64,000 nucleotides of DNA from NCBI GenBank assembly GCA_964016885.1, contig OZ024743.1, forward strand, positions 353,090,001-353,154,000, written 5' to 3'. The translations under genes and the position numbers were made by a program. The notes beneath the pieces are model-generated. The model was given only the letters and a program-made list of their open reading frames with translations. It ran no database searches and was not told the origin of the DNA. Of this stretch, positions 27,323-41,585 are shown one piece after another; within the stretch, counting starts at the first letter, position 1; each line of letters starts with the position of its first letter. Source of the DNA: Eledone cirrhosa (Eukaryota).

Positions 27323-28260
27323 TATGAAACTTCCTTGTATTTCTGCTCATTGGTCAGAAAATACTTTCCGAGTTTTATTTTTCTAAATTTTATTATGCTA
27401 TTTGCCTCATGCATACAAAGTTGATTCTTCGTAGATGCATTTCTATAGATGATATATGTTACCGAAGGGATATGATATAACATTCAAATGCTGTTTCAAC
27501 AGATGTTAAATCTTTGCATTTTCTTTTCATTATAGATAGAGCAGATCAGAATCACAATTGATGCGAAAATGTCTGGCGGTGGTAAATAGTTTTCGGATTT
27601 TAACATCACTAACCTAGATCCCATCTTCAGAAGTTATAAATCGGGTTGGTTTTTCTGTCTTCCTACGAGTCAATTACGTATATTTCAAGGTTTTTTCAAC
27701 ATTAAAAAACGAGATTCATTGGAAGTATAAACAGCTTTATAGAGAGGCTGCTTTCTTTGAACTATACCCCCTATGATATTTTATCCTGACTGTATTTAAT
27801 TTCAGGATAGTGGCCAGATCATCTATGCTCCTGTTTATGGTCTGCAACTTTAGTGTGTCGAAGGGTCTCTAACATCTACGAGTGGGGAACAAAATAGAAT
27901 ATATTCTTGTAGCCCAGCCAGGCAGCAACTAATTCTTTTTTCTAAGCCGTTACATATTTGACACCGTAGTTTTGTTGAGTAACAAGTGATCAGTATATCT
28001 TCAATCTGCTTTCTTCGCAGCTATTTCTTCGGTTGGGATGGTACTGTTACTATCACACAAATCCATACATTAAATTTTGTCATGCAGTGGGTCTGTAGTT
28101 CTTCGCCATGTTAGTGGCTTTGTTTTCAGACTTGTTTCTGCTAATGTCAGCCAACTTGTTATATTTGTATACCAAATGAAAGCTTGTTGGTAAAGGTCAA
28201 TAAGATATCGCCGATAGAAAGTCAGTATTTGTGCCAGTAGTCGACAATCAAGTCTTTCTC
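27323..28260 (-). mobile_element. Decayed RTE-type LINE, 5' part (continuation across the Gypsy insertion)
   Basis: Weak residual RT N-terminal motifs leading to FIDL at the junction. The boundary is approximate. Confidence 0.35.
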
Positions 28261-28320
28261 TGATGCTTTCCTATCCCGAAAGTTATGTATGTGTGTATGT
28301 ATGTATGTATGTATGTATGT

Positions 28321-30300
28321 TCTTCTGGTTTTATAATTTCACAAAGTTTTACCAATAGAGGGAGAGTCGGTTTCTAACATAAACACAAGACTCTCTCATT
28401 GGAATTTACACAACACCAACTAGGTAGATATGTATGTATGCATGTGTAGATATGGATGTTATTGTATGTGTGGATGTGTATGTTTTGAGTTGTATGTGTG
28501 CATGTGTATATGCTTTGTATCTGTACATGTGTATATGCAGTTATTAGATGCAACATTTTTGGAATGTTTTACATATTTTTACTGTTCCATTAATGGATTG
28601 TACTTGTAGTTTCCTAACTAGTTGTGTTCTTTCTGTTCCTGTGAAGCCTAGCTTCTCAAGATTTGTATTGAGGCAGTTACTAACATATCCTAGTGCCCCA
28701 ATAATCACAGGCATAAATCTGAAGGTGTAATCAGGGTGGAGTATCTGCAGATTTCTCATCAGTTCTGCATAAATATTCTCCTTTTCACTAATCTTTGATA
28801 TTATATTGGCATCTGCTGGGCAGCTAATTTCCACTACTGTGCATGTTTTCTTCTCCCTGTCCCATATCATAATATCTGATCTGTTATGCCTGCATTTTAT
28901 TGGAGTTTTTACTGGAACATTCCACCAGTACTCTTTCATATTATGTACATGGATGTCTTCCACATTGTTGTAGCTTTTAATGTGTTTATTATCGGGGCTA
29001 TCTTTTTTACGAACTGCATTGTACAGTATTTTGGCCACTACATCATGCCTCATAGGTAGATAGTACCGCGATGACATCTTTGGACAGCTGCTGATGACAT
29101 GGGTAATATCCTCGATGTTAGTTCTGCAGAATCTGCACATCTAGGTGTTTTCCCTGCATCCCTATCTCTTTTGTGAATCAGGTATTTCGTGCTAATCTTC
29201 TGTTCTTGGATTGCAAAAGCGTATCCTTCAAAGTGGGAGCCAATATAGCGGTTGTTGGTCCAAGATAGACTACTTTCCTTATCTATATTACTCTCACTCA
29301 GGAGCTTCCTGGCAACATATCCATGCATGATTTTTTGCTGATAGGCATGCAGTTTTTCATCCATGGATTCACTAAGATACTGCTGAGCGACATCCCTGGG
29401 TGTGAGTTTTTGATTATCACACAGGGAATATCTCTCAAGGAGTTCCTTCCCAACTCTTATGATCTTATCTGTTTCATGCAGATAGACTTGCTCGAGAAGC
29501 GGGCTCCTACGCTTCGAGGTTCGTAGATGTTGTCGGAGAGATATGATGCGACATTCAAATGTTGTCTGGACTGATGTTATGCCTCTGCCTCCCTGCTTAC
29601 GTTTCATTGATGACAATGTTGCTAGATTGGGTTGTTGTTTTTCCCCGCTTTACAGTGATGTATGAGCATTTATCTTGGCCAAACTCCATTCCTATATCCT
29701 TTGAGAACGTTGTAACCAGGTCAAGATTTTTCTTCATCCCATCCATGTTCTTAGCATAGAGTTTCAGATCGTCCACAAAGAAGTTATTGGTTAGGTTCGT
29801 ATTTCTGTCCTCCTGTGAGCCAATGATGTATCCCTCACATTTCTTGAGCAGAAAGGACAAGGTGTTTAAGGACAAGATGAACAATATCACAGAGAGACTG
29901 TCCCCCTGAAATATACCCCTACAATATTTTATTTTATCAGTGAAAATAGAGTCCTCCCTCTCTGTCTTTAACCTTAGGATAGTAGCCCAAGAAGAAGACA
30001 GCCTCTCTATGGCTCTGACAATAATGTCTGGGACTTTAGCAAGTTGGAGGGCCTCTATCATCCAAGAGTGGGGAACAGAATCGAAAGCTTTCTTGTAGTC
30101 CAGCCAGACTGTAGTCATATTCCTCCTAAGTTTTCGCACCTCCAACATCGCAGTTTTGTTGATTAGGAGTAGTTCAGCACATCCTCAAACCCTTTTCTTT
30201 CCAGCTGCTTGTTCATCTGGGATGATGTTATTATTTTCACAGTGATCTTGGAGGAATAGGTTGAGGCAGGCTGTATACATCTTATACATCAGGTTCTGTC
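28321..30300 (-). mobile_element. R4/Dong-type (restriction-like endonuclease) non-LTR retrotransposon, 5'-truncated
   Basis: RT motifs WLDYKKAFDSVPH, GIFQGDSLS, FFVDDLKLY. CCHC CRFC..EDITHVISSC, RHD, RSDI...VEISCP endonuclease. The 3' UTR ends at (ATAC)n. Confidence 0.92.
28544..30295 (-). pseudogene. RT plus zinc knuckle plus restriction-like endonuclease ORF, frameshifted with an internal deletion near 29600
   Basis: ORF-track pieces 29597-30148, 29050-29616 and 28544-29140. Confidence 0.88.
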
Positions 30301-30662
30301 GGTGTGTGTGATTGTGTGTGTACTCACTCACACTAACTGTGACCGTCTATAGTTCTACAGATTTTATGCTGTGTTGGTATATGTATATATATTTTTTTTC
30401 TTTGACCTCGCGTCATGTGTGTGTGAGTGTGTGTGTACCCACTCACATTAACTGTGACCGACTGTAATTCTACAGATTTTATTGATGTCCAGCGTATTTT
30501 ACAGCTATTGGGAGATAGAGACTTGATAGTTTTATGACCCTAACTGAGGACGATAGCAGTCGCCGTGTTTTGACTGCTTGATCTTCATATGAGGGACTAA
30601 ACTCTGTGAGTGAACACCGTTAATTTTCTCCCTCATATCAAGGATTTGAAGATAATTCATTT

Positions 30663-30736
30663 TCACCTGACGAGATCAGTGATAATCGATCATGGCTACA
30701 CGATCGATTTATCTGTTATTGAAACATGTGTCGTGA
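30663..30736 (+). ncRNA. Type I hammerhead ribozyme motif (family D, long stem II)
   Basis: tcac-CTGACGA(30667-73), stem II aatcgatc/gatcgatt, GAAA(30721-24)-catgtg-TC-gtga. GUC site, just upstream of (TA)n. Confidence 0.7.
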
Positions 30737-30777
30737 TTAAAATGATTGGAAATTTATACCATGCCTTCGGATCTTTA

Positions 30778-30869
<92 letters not shown>

Positions 30870-30870
<1 letters not shown>

Positions 30871-31649
30871 TATAAATTATGTCCTTAGAATCATTTGATA
30901 AGATATATACTCAATTTCTTCTCACAATTAGCATTATCAACCACACAAAAAACCAATTAAACCAGGCTATAAGATTAAAAGGCACCTATGAAGAAATAAT
31001 AGATAAATAAACGATAGCCCTTTATTTGCGATCAACAGCCATAGAATATTTACCCAGCATTTCAATAGCACGTGGAAATCGATTAAATATATCGTCAACC
31101 ATACACAATTAGGTATAAAATAAAAAGTTAGAAGAAAAAATGCATATACACATACCAGAATTACGTTTCTACCCTTTAGGGTTTCGTTCGCTTTCGGAAA
31201 TATCCTATCAAGGATAAATTCTCGAGCTTCGAACTCATCAGGAAACAAACTCACTTGGACAAAGATTTTTCTTAAATGATCCCCGCCAGAAACGAATTCA
31301 AAATGGTTAAGAACTGTGACGTGGCAGTGGTCAAGTCAGAAAGAATGTGATTGGTGCCTTACGGCCAGTAGACTGGTTGCTAGAAAGCGCAGCCTAATAT
31401 TGCCTAAATTGCATCTCAACCTTATGGAAGATTATCAAATATAAAGATTTACATATACACAAACTAGACAAAGTCATAGATATGTTTTTTGGCAACCATT
31501 CACGATGTGGCTCAATGATGAATTAATAAATTAAATAATCAGAGCAATATACTATAAATTATGTCTTTAGAATCATTTGATAAGATATATACTCAATTTC
31601 TTCTCACAATTAGCATAATCAACCATACAAAAAACCAATTAAACCAGGC

Positions 31650-31655
<6 letters not shown>
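30870..31655. mobile_element. Non-autonomous element with ~100-bp direct terminal repeats (30870-30970, 31552-31653) between (TA)n tracts
   Basis: ctataaattatgtc...ccaggctata occurs twice, with an internal hammerhead motif. Confidence 0.7.
31165..31246 (-). ncRNA. Complete type I hammerhead ribozyme motif (family E)
   Basis: Minus strand gtttc-CTGATGA-gttcg...cgaac-GAAA-ccc taaa ggg-TA-gaaac. All three stems are perfect at the core, GUA site. Confidence 0.85.
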
Positions 31656-31705
<50 letters not shown>

Positions 31706-31975
31706 CAAATATCTAGATTTGAAAGCTAATTTTTCCATCTATATATTTGATTATATTTGGTCTGTGTTTATGTTTGCCTTTCCAACTTTTTCTCCCTAAC
31801 AAATCTAACTTTTCTTCAGACCAATAATATATAATCACTTTGAGCTAATTCTGAAACTATTTGGCAATTGTATATGATCATGTATAATTCTACATACATT
31901 TGAGCTTTCTATATATATATTCAACATTGGTAGCTGTTGAAACGGCAGGAGCTCAGCTGTCGGAGTCCCGAATCC

Positions 31976-32010
<35 letters not shown>

Positions 32011-32064
32011 CGTTTCTGAATTTGTTTAGCAAGATTCTTTATCTGAAATCGTGTGTTGAAACCG

Positions 32065-33435
<1,371 letters not shown>

Positions 33436-33627
33436 TTTTTTAATCTCGCGAACCACTAATATGAATTAATGGTCAATGGTCGAAACAATACTGAAACGTA
33501 CGTGTGTCATATTGTCGATAGATGATACATATGTGTCAAATTCTTTCGTGGATGTTAGTTCTTTACTGAGGAGAAACATTTTTTATGGGGTTATAAATTA
33601 TATTTTAACCGAATATTATTTTTGTTT

Positions 33628-33985
33628 TAGCATAGAGTTACGGCCCTTTCCAATCTGAGTTCAAATCCCGCCGAGGTTAACTTTGCCTTTCATCATTACG
33701 GGGTCGATAAAATAAAGTACCAGTAATACACTGGGTAATTGCTGGCCTTGTGCCAAAAGTAAAAACAATTATTAATAAAATAATGGATTGGCAGTATCGG
33801 TAGATACTTTTCAGCATAGAGTTACGGCTCTTTACAGTCTGAGTTCAAATACCGCCGAGGTTAACTTTACCTTTCATCCTTACAGGGTCGATAAATAAAG
33901 TACCAGTCATGCACTTGGGTCGATTTAGTCGACTTTCGCTCCCCCAAAATTGCTGGCCTTGTGCCTAAATCAGAAACCATTATTA
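33628..33985 (+). mobile_element. Two tandem tRNA-derived SINE copies
   Basis: SINE core twice. Confidence 0.82.
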
Positions 33986-34793
33986 ATAAAATATAAAAAC
34001 TACCAATAATGTCCACATTTTTCTGCGGACCACCGAAATTTTCTCTCGGACCACCGAGGGGCGACCGCTGGTACAGAGTCTCCCTCGATGACTCGTGCAA
34101 TTCTAAGAATGTTAACTCTCTAAAACTGATGAGTAATTCCTTTGCATACGGAAATATAGTAGCATCTCATCCAAGTGGATTCTTACTTCTCATCTGCTTA
34201 GTATTACAGAAACTGGGGATAAGCAAGCAATCACTCTATAGCTCTCCTCGTAAAAGGAATTTTGCCTTGTGAACAAAAATAAAATGAAATCCTTATTGAA
34301 AAATGATGTTATATATACTTTATCTAAGAAAAAAAAAACATTTAATAAATCTACCTTATAGGTTGATACAAGCATTTTTATTTTGTATATTCTAGCTTAG
34401 TTTTAGCTTTCTATGTGGTTAACGATGAAATTATTGTTGTGGTTGTTGTTGCCAGCTTATATGTTTCAGTGCGAAAAGGAAGGGGTTATAGAGGTAACAT
34501 TACGTTTTATACAGCATTAATATTGATTTATCTGCATTCTGCTTTTAAATTATTAAATATTATTATTACTATCATATTTGTTCTTTGGTCTGTCAAGACG
34601 TGTGTAAGTATCGCTCCGTAAGTTTTGTTAATTTTCAAGTATTTACATTGCCCTCATTGTTATATTTTTTTTACAAACGGTTAATAAGGTGTCACACATT
34701 ACCCTGTGTTAAGGCGATCCCGTAATATTTGGGCCTTTGGGCTCAGATATTTGAACTTTTTTTTTTTAATTATCGTAAAAAAAAAAAAAAAAT

Positions 34794-35945
34794 ATGACGA
34801 ACCCACGCTCCCCAACTTTGAGTCTGCTGTCGTGTGGCGGCGGTTTAAACGTTGAGAGCAAACATTCACTTGCGAGCCTTCTGCCTTCCGATAAAAATTG
34901 CAAGGGGTCGAAAACCTCCATTGCTGCCAGCACCTGTGCCGGGACAAAAAACAACATCAGCACCAACAACAGCAATATTCAAGGAAACAGCACCAGCAGT
35001 AGCAACAACACAAGCAGAGATCTTTAAAACCACCTAGGGAGTCGCCCAAACAAGCTCTCCCTCTCCCCCTCTTTCAAACACAGACACACCCATAAACACA
35101 CTCCAATTCCCCTCTGACACAAAGTCCACAGACACCAGTTTCTCCACATCTCCAAGTGAAGATGAGGGGGAACCCCAAAAAGCAACAAAAAAAAGAAAAA
35201 GAAAAATCCAGCTCCACACACACCAACAAGCACAAAAAACACACCCACAACAACACCAAGACCAACACCACAACCGTCAACAACACCGACACAACCACAA
35301 ATCATGCCTAACAAAAGAAAACATACGCAGACACCAACAAATGACAGACACATCCAATTTCGTGTTACCAAGAAGGACCAACAAAAAACTCATGGCCCTT
35401 GTAACACGAAGACAAGACATTGAGAAAAAGGGAGAGATATTTGGCACTTGCACCTTCAAAGAACCCCAAACACTGCTGATGGTGCGGATGCTAATAAAAA
35501 CTTACAAAAACATTAGGGAGAACTTTCCCGACGACGTGGGGACCCCTAATGTGAAAGCCTCGAGTAGGCTTTTAAAGGGGTTCCCAATGGAAACCCCACA
35601 AGCAATAGAGGTCGAACCACCTGACCTCCACAAGCCCCCGGGATGTAAGTAAACCTTTCTTCCCTCTCCTTTAGCCTGCCAATATAGCAATCCTGTTCGT
35701 GGCCTGGGATCGTCCAGGCAACAGGGTCACCTGCTCAACGACATCGGGTCCCTAGATAAGGATGTGATTGCCGTCAACGAGACCAGGATTTCTGACACGC
35801 ACGCACTAGCTCTCAGTTTCGACGACTGTCAGATCTTCGCATCTCTTAGTCGGCCGAGAATGGGAGGTGGGGTAGCAGTGCTATTTAAGAAAGGCCTGGA
35901 TCTCGAGGTAAGGTCGATCTTCCGGGACACAGACGGTAAGTTGAT
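34794..35945 (+). mobile_element. L1/Tx1-like LINE 5' fragment (decayed ORF1-like region plus APE N-terminus)
   Basis: From ~35690: VRGLGSSRQQGHLLNDIGSLDKDVIAVNETRI...GGGVAVLFKK...DTDGKL, the APE motifs NVRGL, ET and GVAIL. The upstream boundary is uncertain. Confidence 0.7.
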
Positions 35946-36099
35946 GGGCCTGAAACCGGTCGAGTACAAAAGCTATTCTATTTCGTTGGGTACTATATAC
36001 CCCGGATGTATATATAATAAATAAAAACAAATTAGGTGCTTTGTTCAAATCTTTCTTTATGCATAGAAATCCGTAATCTTCCAACATTTTGATTCTCTC

Positions 36100-36202
<103 letters not shown>

Positions 36203-36335
36203 TAGAAAGAATTAAGATTTAGCTTCAGACATAGCTGTATACAGATATGTATTGGCATTTCGTATTTCTAAAGAAACACACTATGTTTATATATTCTCGA
36301 CTGTTTTCAAGTCCAGCAGTCGCAAGAGCGAGAGG

Positions 36336-36381
36336 AATCGTCCTGATGAGAACCAATTAAGTTCGAAATGCATCTACGATT
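36336..36381 (+). ncRNA. Minimal hammerhead ribozyme motif (family G, copy 1)
   Basis: aatcgtc-CTGATGA-gaac caattaa gttc-GAAA-tgca-TC-tacgatt. Confidence 0.8.
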
Positions 36382-36671
36382 GTCACCCTTGCTTCTGCTG
36401 GACACCGCCAGAGGACGATAGCCACTGTGTTTTTTGCATAACTACGGCTTTCTAAATGTTTATCTATAAACATACCATGTTTCTTTAGAAATACGAAATT
36501 CTAATACATATCTGTATATAACATGAAGCTAAATCCTAATTCTATTCTATTATAAGTTGAGCCAACTTATGCAGCATCATATGCAAATGAGATTAATCAA
36601 CTCATTTACATAGACGGGAAAACAATATATTCTCGACTCTTTTCAAGTCCAGCAGCCGCAAGAGTGGATGG

Positions 36672-36717
36672 GGTCGTCCTGATGAGAACTAGTTAAGTTC
36701 GAAATGTATCGACGATT
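36672..36717 (+). ncRNA. Minimal hammerhead ribozyme motif (family G, copy 2, tandem)
   Basis: ggtcgtc-CTGATGA-gaact agtta agttc-GAAA-tgta-TC-gacgatt, 336 bp downstream of copy 1. Confidence 0.85.
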
Positions 36718-36748
36718 GTCCCCCTTGCTTTTTTAGAAATACAAAATT

Positions 36749-36848
<100 letters not shown>

Positions 36849-37091
36849 GGGGGAACAAATAATAGTTAAATGCAGTCCACTTAGGTATAGTCCAGTTATG
36901 GTATTCCAGGTAGTGGATGATATTAACGCTTGGCTTGGTTTGACTCAACAAGTAACGTTTGGTTTGACTCAACGAGTAACGTGAAAATAAGCGAATAGCG
37001 ATCTCTAGACCTACCAGTTCAGAGAAACAATTGTCAGCTATGAGATTAAAAACCTTTTTTGTATAGCAAACCATGTCAACCTTCTTTCCTG

Positions 37092-37152
<61 letters not shown>

Positions 37153-37164
37153 TATTGCAGGGTG

Positions 37165-37303
<139 letters not shown>

Positions 37304-37535
37304 TTGCAGGGTGTTATATATATATATATATAAATCTGTATTCCAATGTTACTAAGTAGTCGTATTGGATGGAGTCAACCGACGTCGGAGATTGCTCAAC
37401 GTATAATAAAGTGTGTTTTAAAATCCGGAGAAAATATGAAGAAGAAGTTTATGAAACGGAAATGGGGTATAAAGAATGTATTAGGTAACAATTGTTTCTA
37501 TAGTGTATGGGTTACCTATACCTCACTATTTGTAT

Positions 37536-38250
37536 TCGCTAAGGCTAACTCGGACCTCACAAACGAGGAAATTAATATTATACTTGAAGCTAGACGCACA
37601 GTAGTTCATTTTGAAAATAGTTATTGGGTCCGCAGAGATAGACCCTCGGAATTTGACATTACGATGGGTTCTAATGATTCGGCGGAGGTTACGGATCTGG
37701 TTGGGATCTATATAGCCCACAGACTCCAGAGCGAATTTACTGACCTCCACGGTGGAATCTACCGCGATGATGCACTTCTATTAGTCAAGAATATGAACAA
37801 ACAAAACCTAGAAAGGCGACGTAAAAACATTAGGAAACTTTTCTTAGAACTAGGGCTTAATATTACCTTCGAACACAATCTTAAGGTGGTCAACTTCTTG
37901 GATGTCACCTTCAACCTTAATAACGGTAATATAAAGCCATTTCACAAACTTAATGAAAATCTCAAGTACGTTAATGTAAAATCGAACCATCCCCATTCCA
38001 TTATTAAAATGCGCTCCGTAACAACCCTCGCCGATAAAGCCTGGCAGCTTCGGAGGAACAATCAAACATTCTCCCTTGATTGGCAAATTATTTAAGTTGG
38101 GCCTGCATATAAGCAAAATCATGGATTCTGTAAATTATGCAATATGGAGATATACTGCATTTTAACGTCGGAAAACAAACTCTTGAACAGCAAAATTGAA
38201 CGTTCACTTTACTGTAACCATCGTTTGAAAACGACTTTTTCTTTTTTAAA
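37536..38250 (+). pseudogene. Penelope RT and GIY-YIG C-terminal fragment
   Basis: Part of ORFs 37346-38095 and 38144-38386. In-frame TAA at 38093-38095, and the linker and GIY-YIG start are deleted near 38010. Confidence 0.85.
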
Positions 38251-38667
38251 TGCATGTAATGTTACCTTTTTACACCACCGTTTGCAAATTTTTGTTTTAT
38301 ATGTTTATACACACGATATGGCTTTCTATAATAATAGTACTAAACACTGTTTTTTGGACCCCTTTAGAAATAACCTGCTACTATAATAGCCCCAATAACT
38401 TGTCTGTAATTCTGTACTACTTTGACCCCTTTAACTAAATTTTGTCCAAACAACACCACTAGAAGAATTTACTTCCCCCGCCAACCCTAACACGCCTCAT
38501 TAAGCTAACTGCTGCCAAAACATTTTTTCCTTACAATCTCTACTACTCTGACAGTCTTAAATCCTAAGACTCCCTCCCCCTTACTCGCTTCCCTCTTCCT
38601 CTTCCCTTCCTACCTCCTTCTTTCTCTTATATCTAGTGTATAAAATATTTTCATATCATTCTACCAC

Positions 38668-38788
38668 TAAGGTCTGACGACATGGTGTGTTTTCTTACAG
38701 TGTACCTACGATTTATGATAATATTTTTATATTATACAAATAGCGAGGTATAGGTAACCCATACACTATAGAAACAATTGTTACCTAA
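38668..38788 (+). ncRNA. Hammerhead motif with ~90-nt stem II in the Penelope 3' pseudo-LTR (family H)
   Basis: aggt-CTGACGA(38674-80)-c atggtgt...acactat a-GAAA(38771-74)-caattg-TT-acct. Confidence 0.65.
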
Positions 38789-38828
38789 TAAATTCTTTAT
38801 ACCCGCATTTCCGTTTCATAAACTTCTT

Positions 38829-38882
<54 letters not shown>

Positions 38883-39436
38883 CACCCTGCAATAGATTGC
38901 TTATAAACACTGTTGTCGTTCGTATTCGCGAAATTAAGTGAATAATTAACAGCTTTGTGAGTATATAAATGCAATACTTAATCTGACATATGAAGCCCTA
39001 CCACTAATGATGACATACCAGGTAGAATAGATTGTAATATAGTGAGTAAAATGTTTGATGCCAACGAATTTGCTCGAATTCCGTTCTGCAGCACCAAACA
39101 TCCAATGTCTTCCACGCCACTTTCCTCTGTGATATTACCGATACATATATTTTGACTCCACTGTAATCAGAATCTTGTGCCATACAATCCTCCGAATTAC
39201 TTTGGATGTGCTGCTCGCTCATATCTCTACCTCAAATTTGGAGCCAAACTTAGTTTAAGGGTAAACTGTCGCCCAAATACACAGGAAATGAATTACGGTG
39301 AAGGATCGATGTAAAGGACAAATAGAAAGAAAGTCCATTAAACTGAAGGAAACCCAGGGGCCATTTTTATTGTTTTTAATCTAAAATTACCTTCAATACA
39401 ATGTAAACTATTTCATAATATAAAATTATTCTATTA

Positions 39437-39616
39437 TAATTGTTTCTACTTTTGGCACAAGGCCAGTAATTACCCAGTGTATTACTGGTACTTTATTTTA
39501 TCGACCCCATAAGGATGAAAGGCAAAGTTAACCTCGGCGGGATTTGAACTCAGAATGGCAAAGGGCGTAACTCTATGCGTCAAAGCATGGCGTCCGACCC
39601 TCTACCGATACTGCTA
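39437..39616 (-). mobile_element. tRNA-derived SINE copy
   Basis: Family core, flanked by ctattataattg on both sides. Confidence 0.85.
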
Positions 39617-39679
39617 ATAAACTATTATAATTGAATAATATTTACTTACCTTTAAGACTCTGTAGTTGAAGATGTTGGG

Positions 39680-40370
39680 GTTTAATTGTGGTAAGATAGT
39701 CCTTTTTATTTAGTAGTTGAAGATAGAGCTGAAGAATCCTCAGACAACTAGTGCTGTCTGTTTGTGGTGTATAGGCTGTTAGAAGTGAAACAAGAGTGGG
39801 AGTCGGTGAAATTGGCTTAAAGAAGACATCCAGTTACAGTCGCTTGTCACTAATATTGTTTCTTAATTATGGCCACTCGAGTTGTAGAAAATATTCATAG
39901 TCAGAGACAATTTCAGGATCGGATGTACTTATGAAATGAATGGTGATACCCTTGAGATTCCTTATTTCAGACAGTATTAGCTTCTTTCTTAATGTTTTCT
40001 CTTTTTTTTTTTTTTTTTTTTGCCTTGCTATACACAGCCTCGTCCATAACCTTTTACTCAGTAAAGATTTAATAGACAGAATAACTTTGGTCATTTAAGC
40101 CATCTCCGAACATCATCTTCACTTGTTTCTCAGTTGCCATCATTTACAAAAGTTAGCTCAAAGTAATTTGCCTTTAATCCTTCAAAATGTCATACAACGT
40201 CTCCCAAGCATTGACCAAAGTAATTTTTTCTTTATCTCTTATCAAACAATTGTGTCCCCACTCCGCTTCCTTGCATCTTTTTCATCTTCCAATTCAACCA
40301 TCATCTCTTTCAAAAAATTCCTTTTATATTGCTTGGGGACTAGAATTAATCTCTGTTCAACTGACTAAAT
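39680..40370 (-). mobile_element. Possible ancient LTR integrase remnant
   Basis: Residual LTAYTPQTDS (compare TAYHPQTDG) and RLILVPKQYKR..LKE. Otherwise heavily decayed. Confidence 0.35.
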
Positions 40371-41389
40371 AACTGAAGTTGTGTTAATATTAGTCGACCA
40401 GCGGATTTCTAGGAATATGACGGTATATCAAGCCAGCTTCATCGGTATAGTAAGCATGTAATAAGATAAAGCCCTCAAATTTATAAGTTTTAAATTGTGA
40501 AGTATTCGCATTCACATATTCACTAGAGATTTTCCAGGTCTATACAGCTAGAGGTTTTCATGTTTACTACAACTACGCATTAACAATACATTCCATGTGA
40601 TTTCCAAGAGTTTCATATGAATATTTCAACTCGAGACTCATAAAGAAATACCACAAACTCTTCTTTTTACCTTGCCATATTGTCATGTATTTTACAAAGT
40701 TGGTCTTTTGTTTGCATATATAGAACACATTTTTTACACAGTAAATTTCACAAACACCTTGTTACTGAGATGCTATGTTCTAATTTAACAATTAGCTTTA
40801 ATTTCTTTGCCTTTTTGATCTTCACGGGTTTCTTTTAACTCGTAATTTGACTTGATGCTATTTTAAATAGGAAAAATCGCTACACTTAAAAAAAATAAAG
40901 TAATTTGTATGTCACTGGAATAATCTGTATATAACTTGACCACCGGATAATTTGAGGCAGAAAGCATCTCTACATTATGCTCCTCAAAAACAAATATGAT
41001 ATAAAGTTCGCACGTTCTTGTCCACACACACGCACATACACACATAGTCACTGTTGAAAACACCCCTTATACACAGCCTTTTCTGTTTTTATCTTACCAA
41101 ACTTTTAATTTTCATTATTAAGAAAACTTGCAATTTCCATCTCATTTATTTCTACACAGCACACATCTCGCTTCCACTCTATCATTTCTAGAATGTCTCC
41201 AGATCTATCGTTTACCTGTACATGAAACGAAGAGGAAATTTCTACAAGCGGTGCTGGTCGATTGATGTTTATCTGTGCCTGAAAGGAAGAGAATGTATAT
41301 TTAAGTATACTAAATGACGGGATTCACGAGCGGAACGCCTTTGATTCAAGATTTGTTTGATCAGATTTGATTTGAAGCCAAAATAACAA

Positions 41390-41585
41390 TTTTGTACACA
41401 GGTTCACGGCCAGAATTTTGAGGGTAGGAAACAGTTGATTATATCGACACCAGTATGTGACTGGTACTTTATTTTATATCGACCCTAGAAAGATGAAAAG
41501 TAAAGTTGACCTCAGCGGGATTTGAGCTCAGAACCGAAACAAATACCCAAGGTCTTTTGTCCGATCTATTACCAATTGTATCAAC
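41390..41585 (-). mobile_element. Older, diverged SINE copy
   Basis: ctggtactttattttatatcgaccctagaaagatgaaaagtaaagttgacctcagcgggatttgagctcag. Confidence 0.75.

Larger units (their letters stand above)
37441..38830 (+). mobile_element. Penelope-like element (Naiad-like), 5'-truncated and internally deleted, with an inverted partial pseudo-LTR
   Basis: RT FDITMGSNDSAEVTDLVGIY...GIYRDDAL...VNFLDVTFNL...SNHP. C-terminal W..CKLC.ME..LLN..CNH endonuclease tail. 37441-37535 is the reverse complement of ~38734-38829. Confidence 0.88.

Noticed and set aside
35940-35970. GAAAccggTC hammerhead 3' half at the end of the L1-like fragment (also GAAAcaattgTC at ~37024)
   Set aside because: The 5' core and stem I are missing, so it cannot be called a ribozyme.
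38093-38095. In-frame stop in the Penelope ORF as possible selenocysteine recoding (reported for some Naiads)
   Set aside because: The codon is TAA, not TGA, and the copy is deleted and decayed.
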